Source: Chiloscyllium plagiosum (Eukaryota). From it: a stretch of 64,000 bases of DNA. Shown one piece after another: positions 49,644 to 63,116 of the stretch. The number at the start of each line of letters is the position of its first letter. The stretch's first letter is position 1. The position numbers were made by a program, and so were the translations under genes. Location of the stretch: contig NC_057751.1 of NCBI RefSeq assembly GCF_004010195.1, positions 18,893,891-18,957,890 on the forward strand, written 5' to 3'. The notes beneath the pieces are model-generated. The model made no database searches and had not been told where the DNA came from. It saw nothing but the letters and a program-made list of their open reading frames with translations.

Positions 49644-50682
49644 TGTTATAAAGGTGTAGGTGTGTACTGCACCTGTACAAGTGACTGGAAGCTAACTCGG
49701 ATTTAGAGAGACACACTCTGGAATGATTTAAAATGTAATACTTGATTGTGAAACCAATTGTGCAACTGAGTTCCCATAATATGGGCGGCACAGTGGCACT
49801 GCTGCCTCACAGTACCAGAGACCTGCATTCAATTCCTGTCTCAGGGAACTGTCTGTGTGGAGTTTGCATATTCTCCCCGTGTCTGCGTGGGTCTCCTCCA
49901 GGTGCTCCAGTTTCCGCCCACAGTCCAAAGATGTGCAGGTCAGGTGATTTGGCCGTGCTAAATTGCCAATAGTGTTAGGTGAAGGGGTAAATGTATGACA
50001 ATGGGTCTAGGTGGGTTGCTCTTCGGAGGGTTGGTGTGGACTTGTTGGGCCGAAGGGCCTGTTTCCACATTGTAAGTAATCTAAAATTATAAAAAACAAC
50101 TTCAAATTCGTCCAATCAGTTTACATTATGTCCCAGTTACTAACATTCAATCAAGTATGAATTTAGTATTTTGACAACATCAGACCAATGAAAAGAAGCA
50201 ATGTTTTGGGTATTGAACTGGACATTTTGAACAGTTGGGGAGAGAACTGCCAGGAAAACCAGCAAGTATAGTGTGTTAGCCTAATAGCTTTCCGAGATGT
50301 ACCTGTTCATTTGTAAGTCCTGTGAAGCAAAATACTGAATAAAAGACGACAGAGGAAAATGTATACAGGAAGAAACAAAGAATATTCTGAGCTGGCTGGT
50401 TTTGAAAGTACATTTTTTGTACATCTCAATTGTGTTTTTTTTTTTGTCGGACCAGTATTGCTTAGTAGGGAGATAAAAGGTAGAATTCACAGAAAGGAAC
50501 TGTGAATAATTGCTGGTTTTAATGTTCTCTGTTGGACGAATGCAACAAAATAATTAAATTTTACTTTAAATAGTGACCATTGTAATGTCTTTGCCACTTG
50601 AAGTTTAACACATTATGGCACGAGGTGAGCTTCTCTCTGTGTCGTGCTTAAATTAGCAGAGCATTTACCCCGTCTCATAATA
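49644..50682 (+). mobile_element. Solo LTR related to the Gmr1-like LTRs, containing a SINE
   Basis: tgttataaagg...taccccgtctcataata; shares aatcagttta.attatg, gaacagtt.ggagagaactg and the end motif with 11241-11900; splits CR1 at gatc|ttggggtccatg. Confidence 0.7.
49782..50083 (+). mobile_element. HE1/V-SINE-type SINE within the solo LTR
   Basis: gggcggcacagtggcactgctgcctcacag...gggcctgtttccacattg. Confidence 0.88.
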
Positions 50683-51357
50683 TTGGGGTCCATGTCCTTA
50701 CATCCCAAAATGTTGACAACCAAGTCGATAAGGTTGTTAACTATGTTTATGGTGTGTTGTCTTTCAGTAGCATAGGGCTTGAGTTTAAGAGTCGCGACAT
50801 AATGCTGCCAGTAGGACCACACTTGTGCTGAGTTCTTGTCGCCTTATTAAAGGAATGTGGAAGCTTTAGATCGGGTGAAGACGAGATTCTCCATTATGCT
50901 ACCTGAACTGGAGTACATGTCTCAAGATGGAAGGTCACGGGAATGAGGGTTTTGCTCATTGGAGTGAAGAAGGATGAGTGCTGACTTGATTGATGTGATT
51001 AAGATGATGAGAGGCTTAAGACGATAGAATGGATCGCCAGAGACATTTCCCCATTGTTGAATGGCGACCACTAATGAGAATAATTTTAACAGTAATTTGA
51101 AGAAGATTTCAGGAAAATGTCAGAGAATGGTGCTTTACTCAGAGAGTGGTTCATGTGTAGAATGCAAGGCGAGAAGTTTTAGTGATGTCAGATACATTGG
51201 TACATTTAAGCGTCTCTTAGATAGACACATGGGCGATATAAACTGTAAGTATGTTGGTTAGCTTGTTTTTAGAGTAGGATAAAAGGTCGGAAACACATCG
51301 ACGGCCGAACGCCCTGTGCTGTGCTGTAATGCTCAATGCTTTATGTTAGCTTTGTTG

Positions 51358-51670
51358 CAGAACAGTGGCTCAGTAGTTAGCACTGCCGCCTTACAGTGCC
51401 AGTTACTAAAGTTCAACTCCAGCCTCGGGCGACTGTCTGTGTGGAGTTTGCATGTTCTCCCCGTGACTGCGTGGATTTCCTCCGGGTACTCCGGTTTCCT
51501 CTCGCAGTTGAAAGATGTGCAGATTAGATGAATTGGCAATGCAAAATTGCACATAGTGTTATGTGCATTAGTCGGATGGACATGGGTCTGGGTAGGTTAC
51601 TCTTCAGAGGGTCGGTGTGGACTTGGGCTGAAGGGCTTGTTTCCACACAATAGGGAATCTAACCTAATCT
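51358..51670 (+). mobile_element. HE1/V-SINE-type SINE
   Basis: cagtggctcagtagttagcactgccgcc...gggaatctaacctaatct. Confidence 0.85.
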
Positions 51671-51829
51671 ATGTTCCATGTTCTCATTGCAGAAAAAAAA
51701 TCACTCTGTTGGGAAGATGATATCACATCCGGAGTGAGAGACAGTTGGAGTGAGTAAATAGTTCGGGAAATTTGGAGGCAATGTTGAATTTGATTCTCAG
51801 GGCAAGAGATGGCTTTTGCTTCTTTTTGC

Positions 51830-52535
51830 TTAAATAAGATGGCGGTGCAGAATCGGGTAATATGTTGTACCTGTATGATGTGGGACCTTGAAGACACCAT
51901 TTTGGCTCTTACTGACCACATCTGCAGCAAGTGCTGATTGCTAGTGGAACTGTGGTTCAGATTTGATGAGCTGGGGTCTTTGCTTCGAATTCTTTGAGTG
52001 GGAGAATTACATGGGTGCTGCATTTCGAGAGGATGCACACCTCTTCGATTAGTTCAGTCAGTGATCAAGGATGGAGGTTATGACCATAGCCGAGGAAGGT
52101 AGAGGGATCCGTGAAGTTAGCAATTAAGGAGTCTGAGCCCTTGACCGTATTTTGCAGGTTTCAAATTCTTGCTCCGTCTGTGGATGAGAGAAGGGGGCTG
52201 TAAGGAAGAGGTGAAAAGTAACCAAATGGCCGTTCTACAGGAACTATTTAAGATAGGAAACAAAAGAGAAATGTACTTGTAATCAGGGATAGTATAGTCA
52301 GGGGTATAGACACAATAGCCAGGATCAAGAATCCTGAAGCTATGTTTCCTGCTGGTGCCTCATTCAAGGGCACCTTATCTGGGTTGCAAAGGCACACAGG
52401 GTGGAATGGGAAAGACACATTTATCGAGGCCAGTTAGATACCACCAATGCAATTAGAGAGACAGGGAAGAGATTCTGTTGAGGGAGTATGAGGCATTAGT
52501 ACGCTATGTGAAAAAAGCAGAACCAAAAGGGTAAC
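51830..52535 (+). mobile_element. CR1 ORF1 remnant (zinc finger and esterase)
   Basis: tgttgtacctgtatgatgtgggac...cacatctgcagcaagtgc (CxxC...CxKC); gtaatcagggatagtatagtcagggg (VI.DSIVRG). Confidence 0.6.
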
Positions 52536-53031
52536 TTTGAACAGTGCAGCACAGTACAGGCCTTTTGACCGTCGATATTGTCCTGACTTTTTATCATACT
52601 CTAAGATCAGAAAAGAATGCATACCCTTCATCGTGCTATCTTCTTATTGCCTTTCCAAGAGTCATTTAAATGTCCGTAATGTATCTGACTCGACTACCAC
52701 TAATGACACTAACCACTCTCTTTGAAGTGAACCTACTACTGACATCTCTTCTAAACATTCCTCCAATTAAGTTAAAATTACGGGCTTCGTGATAGACATT
52801 TCCGCGGTGGGAGAAAATATCTCTGGTTATCCAGTCTGTCTAAACGTCTCAACAACATGTCCACCACTAAATCGTCACGCCTCATCCTTCTTCACCCCAA
52901 TGATAAAGACCCTACCTCCCTCAAGCATTGTTTAGAAGAAATGTTCTTCATTTTCAGTAAGTCTTTCCTACATCCTCTCTAAAGCTTCCACATCTTCACT
53001 ATAATGAGGCGAACAGAACTGAACACAATGT

Positions 53032-56000
53032 AACATAGAACATAGAATATTACATTGTTCTATGTTCCGCCCTCGATGTTGCGCTGACCTGTGAAATCTA
53101 TCTGAAACCCATCTGATCTTTCGATTCCATTCTCGTAATACAGGGAGAACTAGCCATTTGGATACAGAACTGGCTCAAAGGTAGAAGACAAAGGGTGGTG
53201 GTGGAGGATTGCTTTTCAGACTGGAGGCCTGTGACCAATGAAGTGCCACAAGGATCAGTGCTGGTCCCTCCACTTTTTGCCATTTACATAAATGATTTGG
53301 ATGCGAGCATAAGAGGTACAGTGGACAGCAAAGAGGGTTACCTCAGATTACAACAGGATCTGGATCAGATGGGCCAACGAGCTGAGAATTGGCAGATAGA
53401 GTTTAATTCAGATAAATGCGAGGTGCTGCATTTTGGGAAAGTAAATCTTAGCAGGACTTATATACTTAATGGTAAGGTCCGAGGGAGTGTTGCTGAACAA
53501 AGGTACCTTGGAGAGCAGGTTCATAGCTCCTTGAAAGTGGAGTCGCAGGTAGATGGGATAGTGAAGAAAGCGTTTGGTATGCTTTCCTTTATTGGTCAGA
53601 GTATTGAGTACAGGAGTTGGGAGGTCATGTTGCAGCTGTACAGGACATTGGTTAGGCCACTATTGGAATATTGCGTGCAATTTTGGTCTCCTTTCTATCG
53701 GAAAGATGTCGTGAAACTAGAAAGGGTTCAGAAACGATTTACAAGGATGTTGCCAATGTTGGAGGATTTGACCCATAGGGAGAGGCTGAATAGGCTGAGG
53801 CTGTTTTCCCTGGAGCGTCGGAGGCTGAGGGGAGACCTAATAGAGGTTTACAAAATTATGAGGGGCATGGATAAGATAAATAGCAAAGTCTTTTCCCTGG
53901 GGTCGGGGAGTCCAGAACTAGAGGGCATAGGTTTACGGTGAGAGGGAAACGATATAAAAGAACCCCTACGGGGCAACCTTTTCACGCAGAGGGTGGTACG
54001 TGTATGGAATGCGCTGCCAGAGGATGTGGTGGAGGCTGGTATAATTGCAACATTTAAGAGGCATTTGGATGGGTATATGTATAGGAAGGATTTGGAGGGA
54101 TATGGGCCGTGTGCTGGCAGGTGGGACTAGATTGGGTTGGGATATCTGGTCGGCATGGACGGGTTGGACCGAAGGGTCTGTTTCCGTGCTGTACATCTCT
54201 ATGACTCTATATGCCTACCTATTGACCATTTAAATGCCCGTAAATTTGGCGAATCTGCAACTGTTGCAGGCAGTGTGTTCCATGCCTCGACTACGCTCTG
54301 TGTAAAGACATTATCTCTAAAATCTCTCCTTTATAAATCACACCTCAATTTGAAGCTATGCTTTCTCGTGCTAGCCATCCACTGTTCTAGGAAAAAATGC
54401 CTCTCACAACCTCTGATTGTTTTGTATGTCTCACTTAAGTGACCTTTCAATCTTCTTCTCTCTAATAAAAACAGTCTCAAATCCTTCAAACTTTTCTCGA
54501 TAGACATTCCCTCCATACCAGGCAACATCCGATTAAATCTCATCTGAACCCATTTCAAAGCTTCCACATCCTTCCTATAAGCGGTTAACAGATCTGCACA
54601 CAATACTCCAAGTGCTTCCGCACCAGAGTTTTGTACAATTGTAACATATCCTCTTTGTTCTGACCTCGATCGCTCTGCTAATTAAAGCTAACACACATTG
54701 TGACTTCTTAACACCCCTATCAGTCAGGATAGTAACTTTGAGGGATTTATGAACATGCACACCAAGATCTCTCTGCTCATCTACATTCTCATCAATAATC
54801 TTATCATTCTCCCGGCTCTCTGCATTCCTGTTATTCCTTCTAAAGTGAATCACCTCACGTTTTCCTACATTAAATTGCATTTGTCACCTCTCATCCCAGA
54901 TCTGCAGCTTATCTATGTCTCTCAGTCACTTACAAAATGCTTCGGCACAATTCACAACTCACTGACCTTAGTGTCATCTGAAATTTACTAAACCATCCTT
55001 TCACGCTCTCTTCTATAAAAAATGACAAGCAGCAATGGACTCAAAACAGATCCTTGCACTACCCCACTAGCAACTAAACTGCACAGTGAACATTTAACAT
55101 CAATAAACACCCTCTGTCTTCTTTCATCTAGTCGACTTCTGATCCAAACCCCTCAGTCCGATGCCTCCGTTTTTGTGCAGTAGCCTGCCGTGGGGAATCT
55201 TATCAAACCCCTTATTAAATCCATATATACCACATAAACCACTTTGCCCTCATCTACCTGTTTGGTCATCTTCTGAAAGAAATTAATATGATTTATGAGG
55301 CACGAAATTCCCTTCACAATACCATGCTAATTATCCCTAATCAAGCTTTTCCTTTCCAGATGTTTATAAATCCTATTTCGTATAACCTTTTTCCAACACT
55401 TGACAAACAACCGAGATAAGGTTGACTGGTCTATAATTACCAGGATTGTCTCTATTCCCCTTCTTGAGCAAGGGAACAACATTTGCTGTCTTCCAGTCTA
55501 CTGATGCCATTCCTGGAGACAATGACGACATAAAGATCAAATTCAAGGCTCGGAAATCCCCTCCCTGGCTTCCCAGAGAATCATCGGATAGGTCCCATTC
55601 TACCCATGGGATTTAGCAGTTTTCACACCTTCCAGAATTTCTGACACCTCGTCCTTGTGAACCTCAATCCTATTTAGTCCATTAACCTGTTTCACAGTAT
55701 TCTCCTCGACAACATTGTCTTTTTACAGTGTGATTGCTGATGAAAAATATTTGTTTAACGCTTCCCAAATCTCCTCAGACGCCATGCACAATATTCCAAG
55801 TGTGATTAAACCAGGGCTCTATGGAGATGCAGCATAACATCTTGGCTAAGAAACTCAATCTCCACCACCACTAATGAAAGCAAATACACCGTACGCCTTC
55901 TTAACAATGCCATCAACCAGGTCAGTAAGATCCCTCTGTTTCTCCACACTACCAAGATTTCTGCATTTAACAGTGTGCTCTGCGTTCAAATTCGAAAATG

Positions 56001-57400
56001 CAAAGTGAATCACTTCGTGCTTTTCTAGGTTGAACTCTATCTGCCACATCTCAGCCCAGCTGCACATCCTGTGAATGCCCCGTTGCAAACTATATCATCC
56101 ATCCACACTGTCCACAACTCCATGAAACTTCGTGTCATTGGCAAAGCCTTCCATTTCCTCATCTGAGTCATTTATAAAAATCACAAAGCGTAGAAAGCCC
56201 AGAGCCGATCATTGCTGAACACAACTGTAACTGAGCTCCAGGCTGAATACTTTGCATCTACCAGCACCCTCTGTCTTCTGTAGGCCAGCCAATTCTGTAT
56301 CCAGACAGACAGGTTTCCCTGCATCCCAATGCCTCCTTACTTACTGAAGAAGTCGACATCAGGAACCTTGCCAAACGCATTGCTAAAATCCATGTACACC
56401 ACATCGACTATTCTGCCTTCTTCAGCTGTTTTGTCACATCCTCAAAGAATTCAAGAAGGCATGTGATGCATGATCTGCCCCTCACAAAGGCATGCTGACC
56501 ATCGCTCATCAAACTGTGGTTTTCCAATTAATCATAAATCCTGTCTCTCGGAATTCTTTCCAAGATTTTGCCCATCACAGACATAAGACTGACTGATGTG
56601 TAATTCCCAGGAATTTCCCCATTCCCTTTCTTGAACAAGATAATAACATTTACCACCCTCTAATAACGTGTTCGCACACCAATGGACAGTCAGGATGCAA
56701 AGATCATCTTCAAAGTCGCAGGATCGCTTTACTCACTTCCTGTCATAACCTCGATGGCCCAGGGAATTTATCTATCCGTATGTTTTGCAAATTCTTCGCC
56801 AATCCTCCTTCTTAACATCAACCTGTTCAAGCCTATCAGTCTGTTTCACGAGGTCCTCTGAGGTACCTCAGAATAGTGAATACTGAAGCCAAATATACAT
56901 TAAAGACCTCCCCTACTTCCTCCGACTCCAGGCAAAACTGCCCTCTACTATCCCTGAATGGTCCTACCCTCACTCTGGCCACCCTCTTGTTCCTCAGGTA
57001 AGTGTACAACGCCTTAGGATTTTCATTCATTCTACCGGCTAAAGCTTTGTCATGCCCCCTTCCAGCTCTCGTAAGCCCATTTATCAGTTCCTTCAGGGTT
57101 ACATTGTACCCCTCTAAAGCCCTTAATTTTAAGTAAGTTTCTTCTTTCACTTGATTAGATGCCTGACATCGTTGTCACACAGGTTTCTACCATGCCTTCC
57201 TTGCCTTAATGGGACAAGCCTATGCTGCACTATCAGCAGGTGCTTCCCAAGCAACTTCCACATTGCTGTTGTACGTTTCCCTGAGAACATATGCTCCCAG
57301 TTTGGGCGCCCCAGTTTCAGCTTAATTGCATGATAATTCCCCCTTCCTCAATTAAATACATCCCCATAGTACTAGCTCTGACTCTTCTCTTTGATCATAA
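53032..57400 (-). mobile_element. Decayed CR1 LINE(s), minus strand, split by a + strand CR1 at 53138-54209
   Basis: Minus ORFs MQFNVGKREVIHF; WAEMWQIEFNLEKHEVIHF; NPKALYTYLRNKRVARVRVGP. Confidence 0.75.
53138..54209 (+). mobile_element. Young CR1/HER1-type LINE RT 3' end
   Basis: 248-aa ORF 53195..53941 (PQGSVLVPPLFAIYINDLD...); near-identical to 43000-44089; atgactct tail. Confidence 0.92.
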
Positions 57401-57409
57401 GAAAGGTCA

Positions 57410-58260
57410 ATACTTGACTGAGGATGGTGTACTTAAATGCATGCAGTATACGAAACGAGGTAAATGAGATTGTAGCAAAGATTGAAATTGATAGATATAA
57501 TTTCGTGAGTATCAGAGAGACATTGCTCAAACAGGATGAGGGTTCAGAACTAAATTTCCTAGGGTATGCATTCTATGGAAAGGACAACCAATTTGACAGA
57601 GATGGTCGGCTTGCCTTGTTAGTGTGAAAGGACACTGATCGAAGAAGTGGATAAACGTATGGATGATAATGGAATAGTGCAGGACAGAAGGGCAGCAGCT
57701 TAGTTTCGCAGGTCGGCTCTACATCGAGGGCTGATGTTCTATGTTCTATGTTACATATTCTATATACAGTTGGAAGGCTAGGAGACTGTATATGTGTAGC
57801 TGAGACTGAAAAAAAACATGTAAGAGTGGCACTATTATTTTTATCATAGGGACTTCAATTTGGTAGACAGGGAAAATTGGTTTGACAGTGGATCCTAAGA
57901 AAAGGAATTCGTAGAATGCTCACCGTTTTTTTTTTGCAGTAACTACTCGCAGAGCACACGAAGAAACAGGCAATTGTGGATTCCGTGATGTATCATGAAG
58001 CAGTCTTGAGTAGGTACCTTAACATGAACAAATTCGCCGGAGCAGTCGCCAAAATATGATAGAATTTACCCCGAAGTTTGAGAAGGCGAAATTATACTCA
58101 GATGCAACTCTTTTATAATTGAGTGAAATTAAAAATAAGGACATAAGGAAGGAGCTAGCCAAAATTGATTGGAATGTGAAGCTTCTGGGGAAAATGGTCG
58201 AGTTTCAGTGATGGGATTTTCTGTGGTAATTTGGGAAGCACAGCAGAAATTCATCCCATA
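57410..58260 (+). mobile_element. CR1 endonuclease fragments with a short CR1 tail insert
   Basis: YLNACSIRNEVNEIVAKI...ETLLK...GRLALLV. Confidence 0.6.
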
Positions 58261-59643
58261 GACACCAAATTAACCACTCGATCAGATGCTAAGAGGAAAA
58301 CTGTGGATCTGTACCTTAATGACTTTTTTCATGTTATTGCAGTAACTATTTGTATTTGACCTGCGTCTAAATTTACTCTCCCCGATTTCTACATATTATC
58401 AAGACTTCTGACACCGTTTATTTTATGAAAAACAGGAATAACAATTCACTCCAATGAAAAAGCACCAAATAAAATTCGAAGAATGTCATGATAAAAATTC
58501 AGAAAGCTACAAACTAACAACCTGAATGATTAGCCAAAATTCCCCCCTTTCCCCCAAGCCAGTATTTCAATTTGACAGACAGGACTAAATGTTGAAAATG
58601 GAGCATAGATGTTAGGTTAAAGATAGAAAGATGGGTAGATATGTTGCTGGGTTTAGAATATTTGAGTCACAGGCTTCGATCTCCAGATGTGCTAAACCCC
58701 TCTGAGCAACACTATGACAGTTTGGTGAGAAAAGAGCTGCAACCTTTGAACAAGTTAGTGAGTTGGGTTGGTTTCTTCTTCTCAGCAACCTCCTCCCATT
58801 GACCTACCAATCTGATTCGCTCATCCAACGCTGCTTGCCAAAAACGGTTTTCCAGTTCGACCTTTACTCTCCCTTTACAGGCACTCTCCCTTTAGCTTAT
58901 ACCAATCGCGCAATCAGAGCGTGTCTTCTCTCCAGCAGCAATTCCTCCAGCCAGAGACTCCAAAGAGATGATTTATTATCGAGGACATGGCCTGGGGGTT
59001 AAATTATGATCGAACATGATCGTGTTATATGGTGTAGCAGACTCGAATAACCTGGTGGCATATTTTTGGTCCTTGTTCAGCGAAATGTCGAATTTGTTAT
59101 ATCTCTCTTACAATCTATCTTTGCGTTCCTGACATTGCCAATCTGAAAAAAAGGCAAAACTTCTCCCAGGCACTGAATGTGCAAAGCAAGACTGATGCCT
59201 GATTTTCCATACTGTGAGGAAATCATAACACAGTTCAGTAGATCAAATTCCCAGTTACTTCTTTATCTAATGAAACCACAGATATGGCTATCTGGAATTC
59301 TAATGGCATTTCACGCCATTACGCATTTTGTAGCAACAACCTGCCCAAGGCGCCACGGTAGTCCAGTATTGAATCTTTCCATTAACAATTTATTTTGGAG
59401 TAAATGTCATTTTAACTCCTGCTTTGAATGGAAACAAGAAAATTCACCAATTATAGGGGTAGATCAAACAAAATAAATCCTCCTTTCCCTGCTGTACTAA
59501 ATTTTCTTTAATGCCAGATTTTCCATTGAACAGTGGTTTCATGAAATAGGCTAGACTCATATTATTCTGGAAATAGGAAAACCTGCCTATCATGTAGACT
59601 GGTTTACCCCGGGAAAAGGAGGAATTGAGGACTGCGGATGCTG

Positions 59644-60604
59644 TATGGCTGATTAAGTGGTTATGAAAGAACAGTCAGTATCGGGAGATATGGATAATCT
59701 GCTTAAAACATGGGATCAGGATTTGGGGCTAGAAATCTCTATAGAAACGTGGAATGATATTTGGCAAAACGCTAGAAGAATTACTATCTGTAACATAACC
59801 CAGGCTATCCAGCTGAAGATACTTCATAGGGCCCATATAGCACCGGTTCAATTGGCAAAATTTAAGGCAGGAGCATCTCCAATGTGTCCCAAAATAGAGG
59901 TGGGCACTCTTGTACATTGCCTATGGACCTGTCATAAGAACCGTAGATATTGGACTAAAGTAGCAAGTACCCTGACAGAAATTTTAGGAATGGAAATTAA
60001 AGTGGACTCTGTATCTCTCCTTTTGGGCTTTTCGAACTTTCCCTCCCTGGACATGTACGGGAAGAGACTATTTTCTATTCTCTCTTTCTGTGCAAGGAAA
60101 AATATTTTGGTGAACTGGGTGGCTGAGGGCCCCCCTGGACTTTCAAATTGGCACAGATTAATTATGGAATGTATTCTCCTTGACTTCCTTACAAATATGG
60201 TGCACTGAAAGACCGAATTATTTTATAAAATATGGCAGCCCTTCTTGAATTGCATAAATACAGATATTTCGGCTATCCTAACAAGGGCTTTTTTTTAATT
60301 GAGATTACAAACCTGGCTGGTCCAGGGCCCCTTAGGAGAGGAATCCCGCATGAATACGGGTTTTATTACATCTGATGTTAACACATTCCGAGCATGTAAG
60401 AGACTTAAATATACAGTCTGGTTAGTTGTAGGTTAGATTAGTAGACAGTTGAGTTTTGTTTTTTTTTTCTTTTGTTAAATTTTGGCTATTGTATATTTGA
60501 TTTAATTGTATATCAATGTTTATATTTGAGAGTTTTGTTTATTTTTGTAAAATTGTAAAAATGTTAAATTTCTAATAAAAATATCTATATAAAAAAAGAA
60601 AGAA
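59644..60604 (+). mobile_element. L1-clade LINE ORF2 3' end with poly(A)
   Basis: ORF 59657..60208 WDQDLG...IQLKILHR...CPK..GTLVHCLWTC...YW (C-terminal zinc-binding region); T-rich 3' UTR, aataaa and A-rich tail. Confidence 0.85.
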
Positions 60605-60867
60605 CAGTCAACACTTCTGCGCTTCTGATGCTGCCTGACCTGCCATGCTTTTCAAGCGTGACTCGTTTTGTCTCCTTACCCCAGGAAATGTCAATTTAAA
60701 GAAAAATTTAAATGCCACTTTTCAGGTGGTTGACAGATATTTATCACTTGCTGTCAGTATTTGATTCCTCATCAGATTAACTAAATGCAATGTATTTTAT
60801 AATTTAAATAGTTTAAGTTTGAGTATCAATACGGGTACTGTTTACTTGATTTGAAACTTGAGAAATA

Positions 60868-61181
60868 CTTAGATTCCCTACAGTGTGGTGACAGGCCCTT
60901 CAGCCCAACAAGTCCACACCGACTCTCTGAAGAGCAACCCACCCAGACCCATTCCCTTACATAAACCTTACAACTAACACTACAGGCAATTTAGCATGGT
61001 CAACTCACGTAACCTGCCCATCCTTGGATTGTGGGAGGAAACTGGAGCACCCAGAGCAAATCCACACAGACACGGGGAGAATGTGCAAACTCCACACAGA
61101 CAGCTGCCCGAGGCGGGAATTGAACCCGGGTCCCTGGCGCTGTGTGGCAGCAGCGCTAACCGCTGAACGACTGTGCTGCCC
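60868..61181 (-). mobile_element. HE1/V-SINE-type SINE
   Basis: Reverse complement of the full SINE including A and B boxes. Confidence 0.88.
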
Positions 61182-62404
61182 TGCATTTGCGAGACCTGGA
61201 CCAAATTCAAAATGTAGCTCTGTATTTATGATTGATCTGGCATTCATCTGTGCTGTCTCACAGCATCAAGTTATTCAAGACGGAAATTAGGAATTGTTTT
61301 CAGGCAGAGGAGAGGGCCAGAATGAAGGCTTACAGACATTTAAGACATCATGAGGGACCCAGACCCATCATATAGGGTGATCTGTCCCAATTGGAAGAAT
61401 AAACGTGTTCGACAGGGTTTGAAAAAAAAAGCAAATGCAACATAGGAAAGCATGTTTTAACGGGCGAGTCATTTGGAATTTACATGTTGTACATAGAAGC
61501 GTGATGGCGAGAAATTCAACTGAAGGATTGAACTGGGCATCAGATGATTATTTAAATAGAAACAATTACCACGGTTATAGTGAAGAGGCAGGATTGCGAT
61601 ATTAACTAAACTTTCCCAGTGAGCCTTTGAATCCTGGGATGACTGGACCCCTTTCGCATTGTCAGGATGATTTTGTGGTTTCACAAAGCTGGGAATTATT
61701 CTTCCTCAGAAAAGATTTTAAAGAATTCTGCAATGGATCCACTAATCAGGATTATTTCAAAATGCCCTAATATTATTACAATTGCATTTGTATTAACTTT
61801 CATCATTGATCTACAAGGAAAAAAATAGAGATAGGAAACAAAAAATAATTGTTAAAACATGTGAGACTGCTGAACATAAACGAATCCTCAGATGTTCGTC
61901 AATCACATCCAACATTGCAAGGCTCCCAATCAAACAATCGAGTTAACTTGCTACTGCTAAACTCAAAGGAATATTTATGAGAAGATGTTATGCCGGCAGT
62001 GATTTTAAGAACAAATCTAATGGTGTCTTATATTATTCGGTCATGAAACCCGACTCGTTGTTGACATTTGTAAAGTTGGGGATTTACAAAAAGACTGTTC
62101 CTGAGGTTTAGTAATAAGTAAACCTTTCAAAAATGATCAAAAGATGCTAAAAGTATGACGAAAAAAGGTAAACTTACATAGGCCTAACTTTAGTTTAATT
62201 AACTGGATTTGAATAACAAAAACATAAGTTTTGAAATGGAGCACGGATTTTCATTTAGATTATTTCTGAATTGTGGGACATTTTCAGATATTCGCGTCTG
62301 ATTCTCCTTGAAAAGAACTCCCATTACAAGGGATATAAAATAAGGCGGTGTCCCATTTTCTTGTTACTTGCTTCATTTTGCATTTAATTACCGTATGTGT
62401 CTGA

Positions 62405-62944
62405 GCAACATCCTGGTGCGGCCGCATCTGGAGTATTGTGTGCAGTTTTGATCGCCATACTATAAGAAGGTATGTGGAGGCACTGGAACGGGTGCAGAGG
62501 TTTACCAGGATGTTGCCTGGTATGGTAGGAAGATCGTATGAGGAAAGGTTGAGGCACTTGGGGCTGTTTTCATTGGAGCAAAGAAGGTTTAGGGGTGACT
62601 TGATGGAGGTGTACAAGATGATTAGGGGTTTAGATAGGGTTGACCGTGAGAACCTTTTTCCACGTATGGAGTCAGCTATTACGAGGGGGCATAGCTTTAA
62701 ATTAAGGGGTGGTAGGTATAAGACAGATGTTAGGGGTAGATTCTTTACGCAGCGAATCGTGAGTTCATGGAATGCCCTGCCAGTAGCATTGGTGGACTCC
62801 CCCTCTTTATGGGCATTTAAACGGGCATTGGATAGGCATATGGAGGATAGTGGGCTAGTGTAGGTTAGGTGGGCTTGGATCGGCGCAAAATCGAGGGCCA
62901 AAGGGCCTGTACTGCGCTGTATTGTTCAATGTTCTCTATGTTCT
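62405..62944 (+). mobile_element. CR1 LINE 3' end
   Basis: ALERVQRFTRMLPG...TRGHSFKL...FFTQRIVSSWNALP; tatgttc tail. Confidence 0.9.
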
Positions 62945-63116
62945 AAAACAACTACCATCAACACATTGCTTTGATGAGCGCTCCTAAAAAAAACAATGTT
63001 CTTCCCTGGAGATTACACGCCTGTGTAATTTTTAAAGATTTTTTTACTGTTCTTGAGTGCACCTGTCAGAGTATTACAGAAATTATAGAACTCATACTTT
63101 GTCAGAAAAAAATTAA

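Larger units (their letters stand above)
47296..51350 (+). mobile_element. Decayed near-full-length CR1 (ORF1 esterase, EN, RT, 3' end) with nested insertions
   Basis: LNTWLRSCFRREGFRYVDH (esterase); VVLGDFNFPNIDW...HLGDCDHN (EN); RT pieces to about 51350. Confidence 0.75.

Noticed and set aside
58560..58990. Possible LTR fragment
   Set aside because: LTR-like character only; no termini or partner could be established
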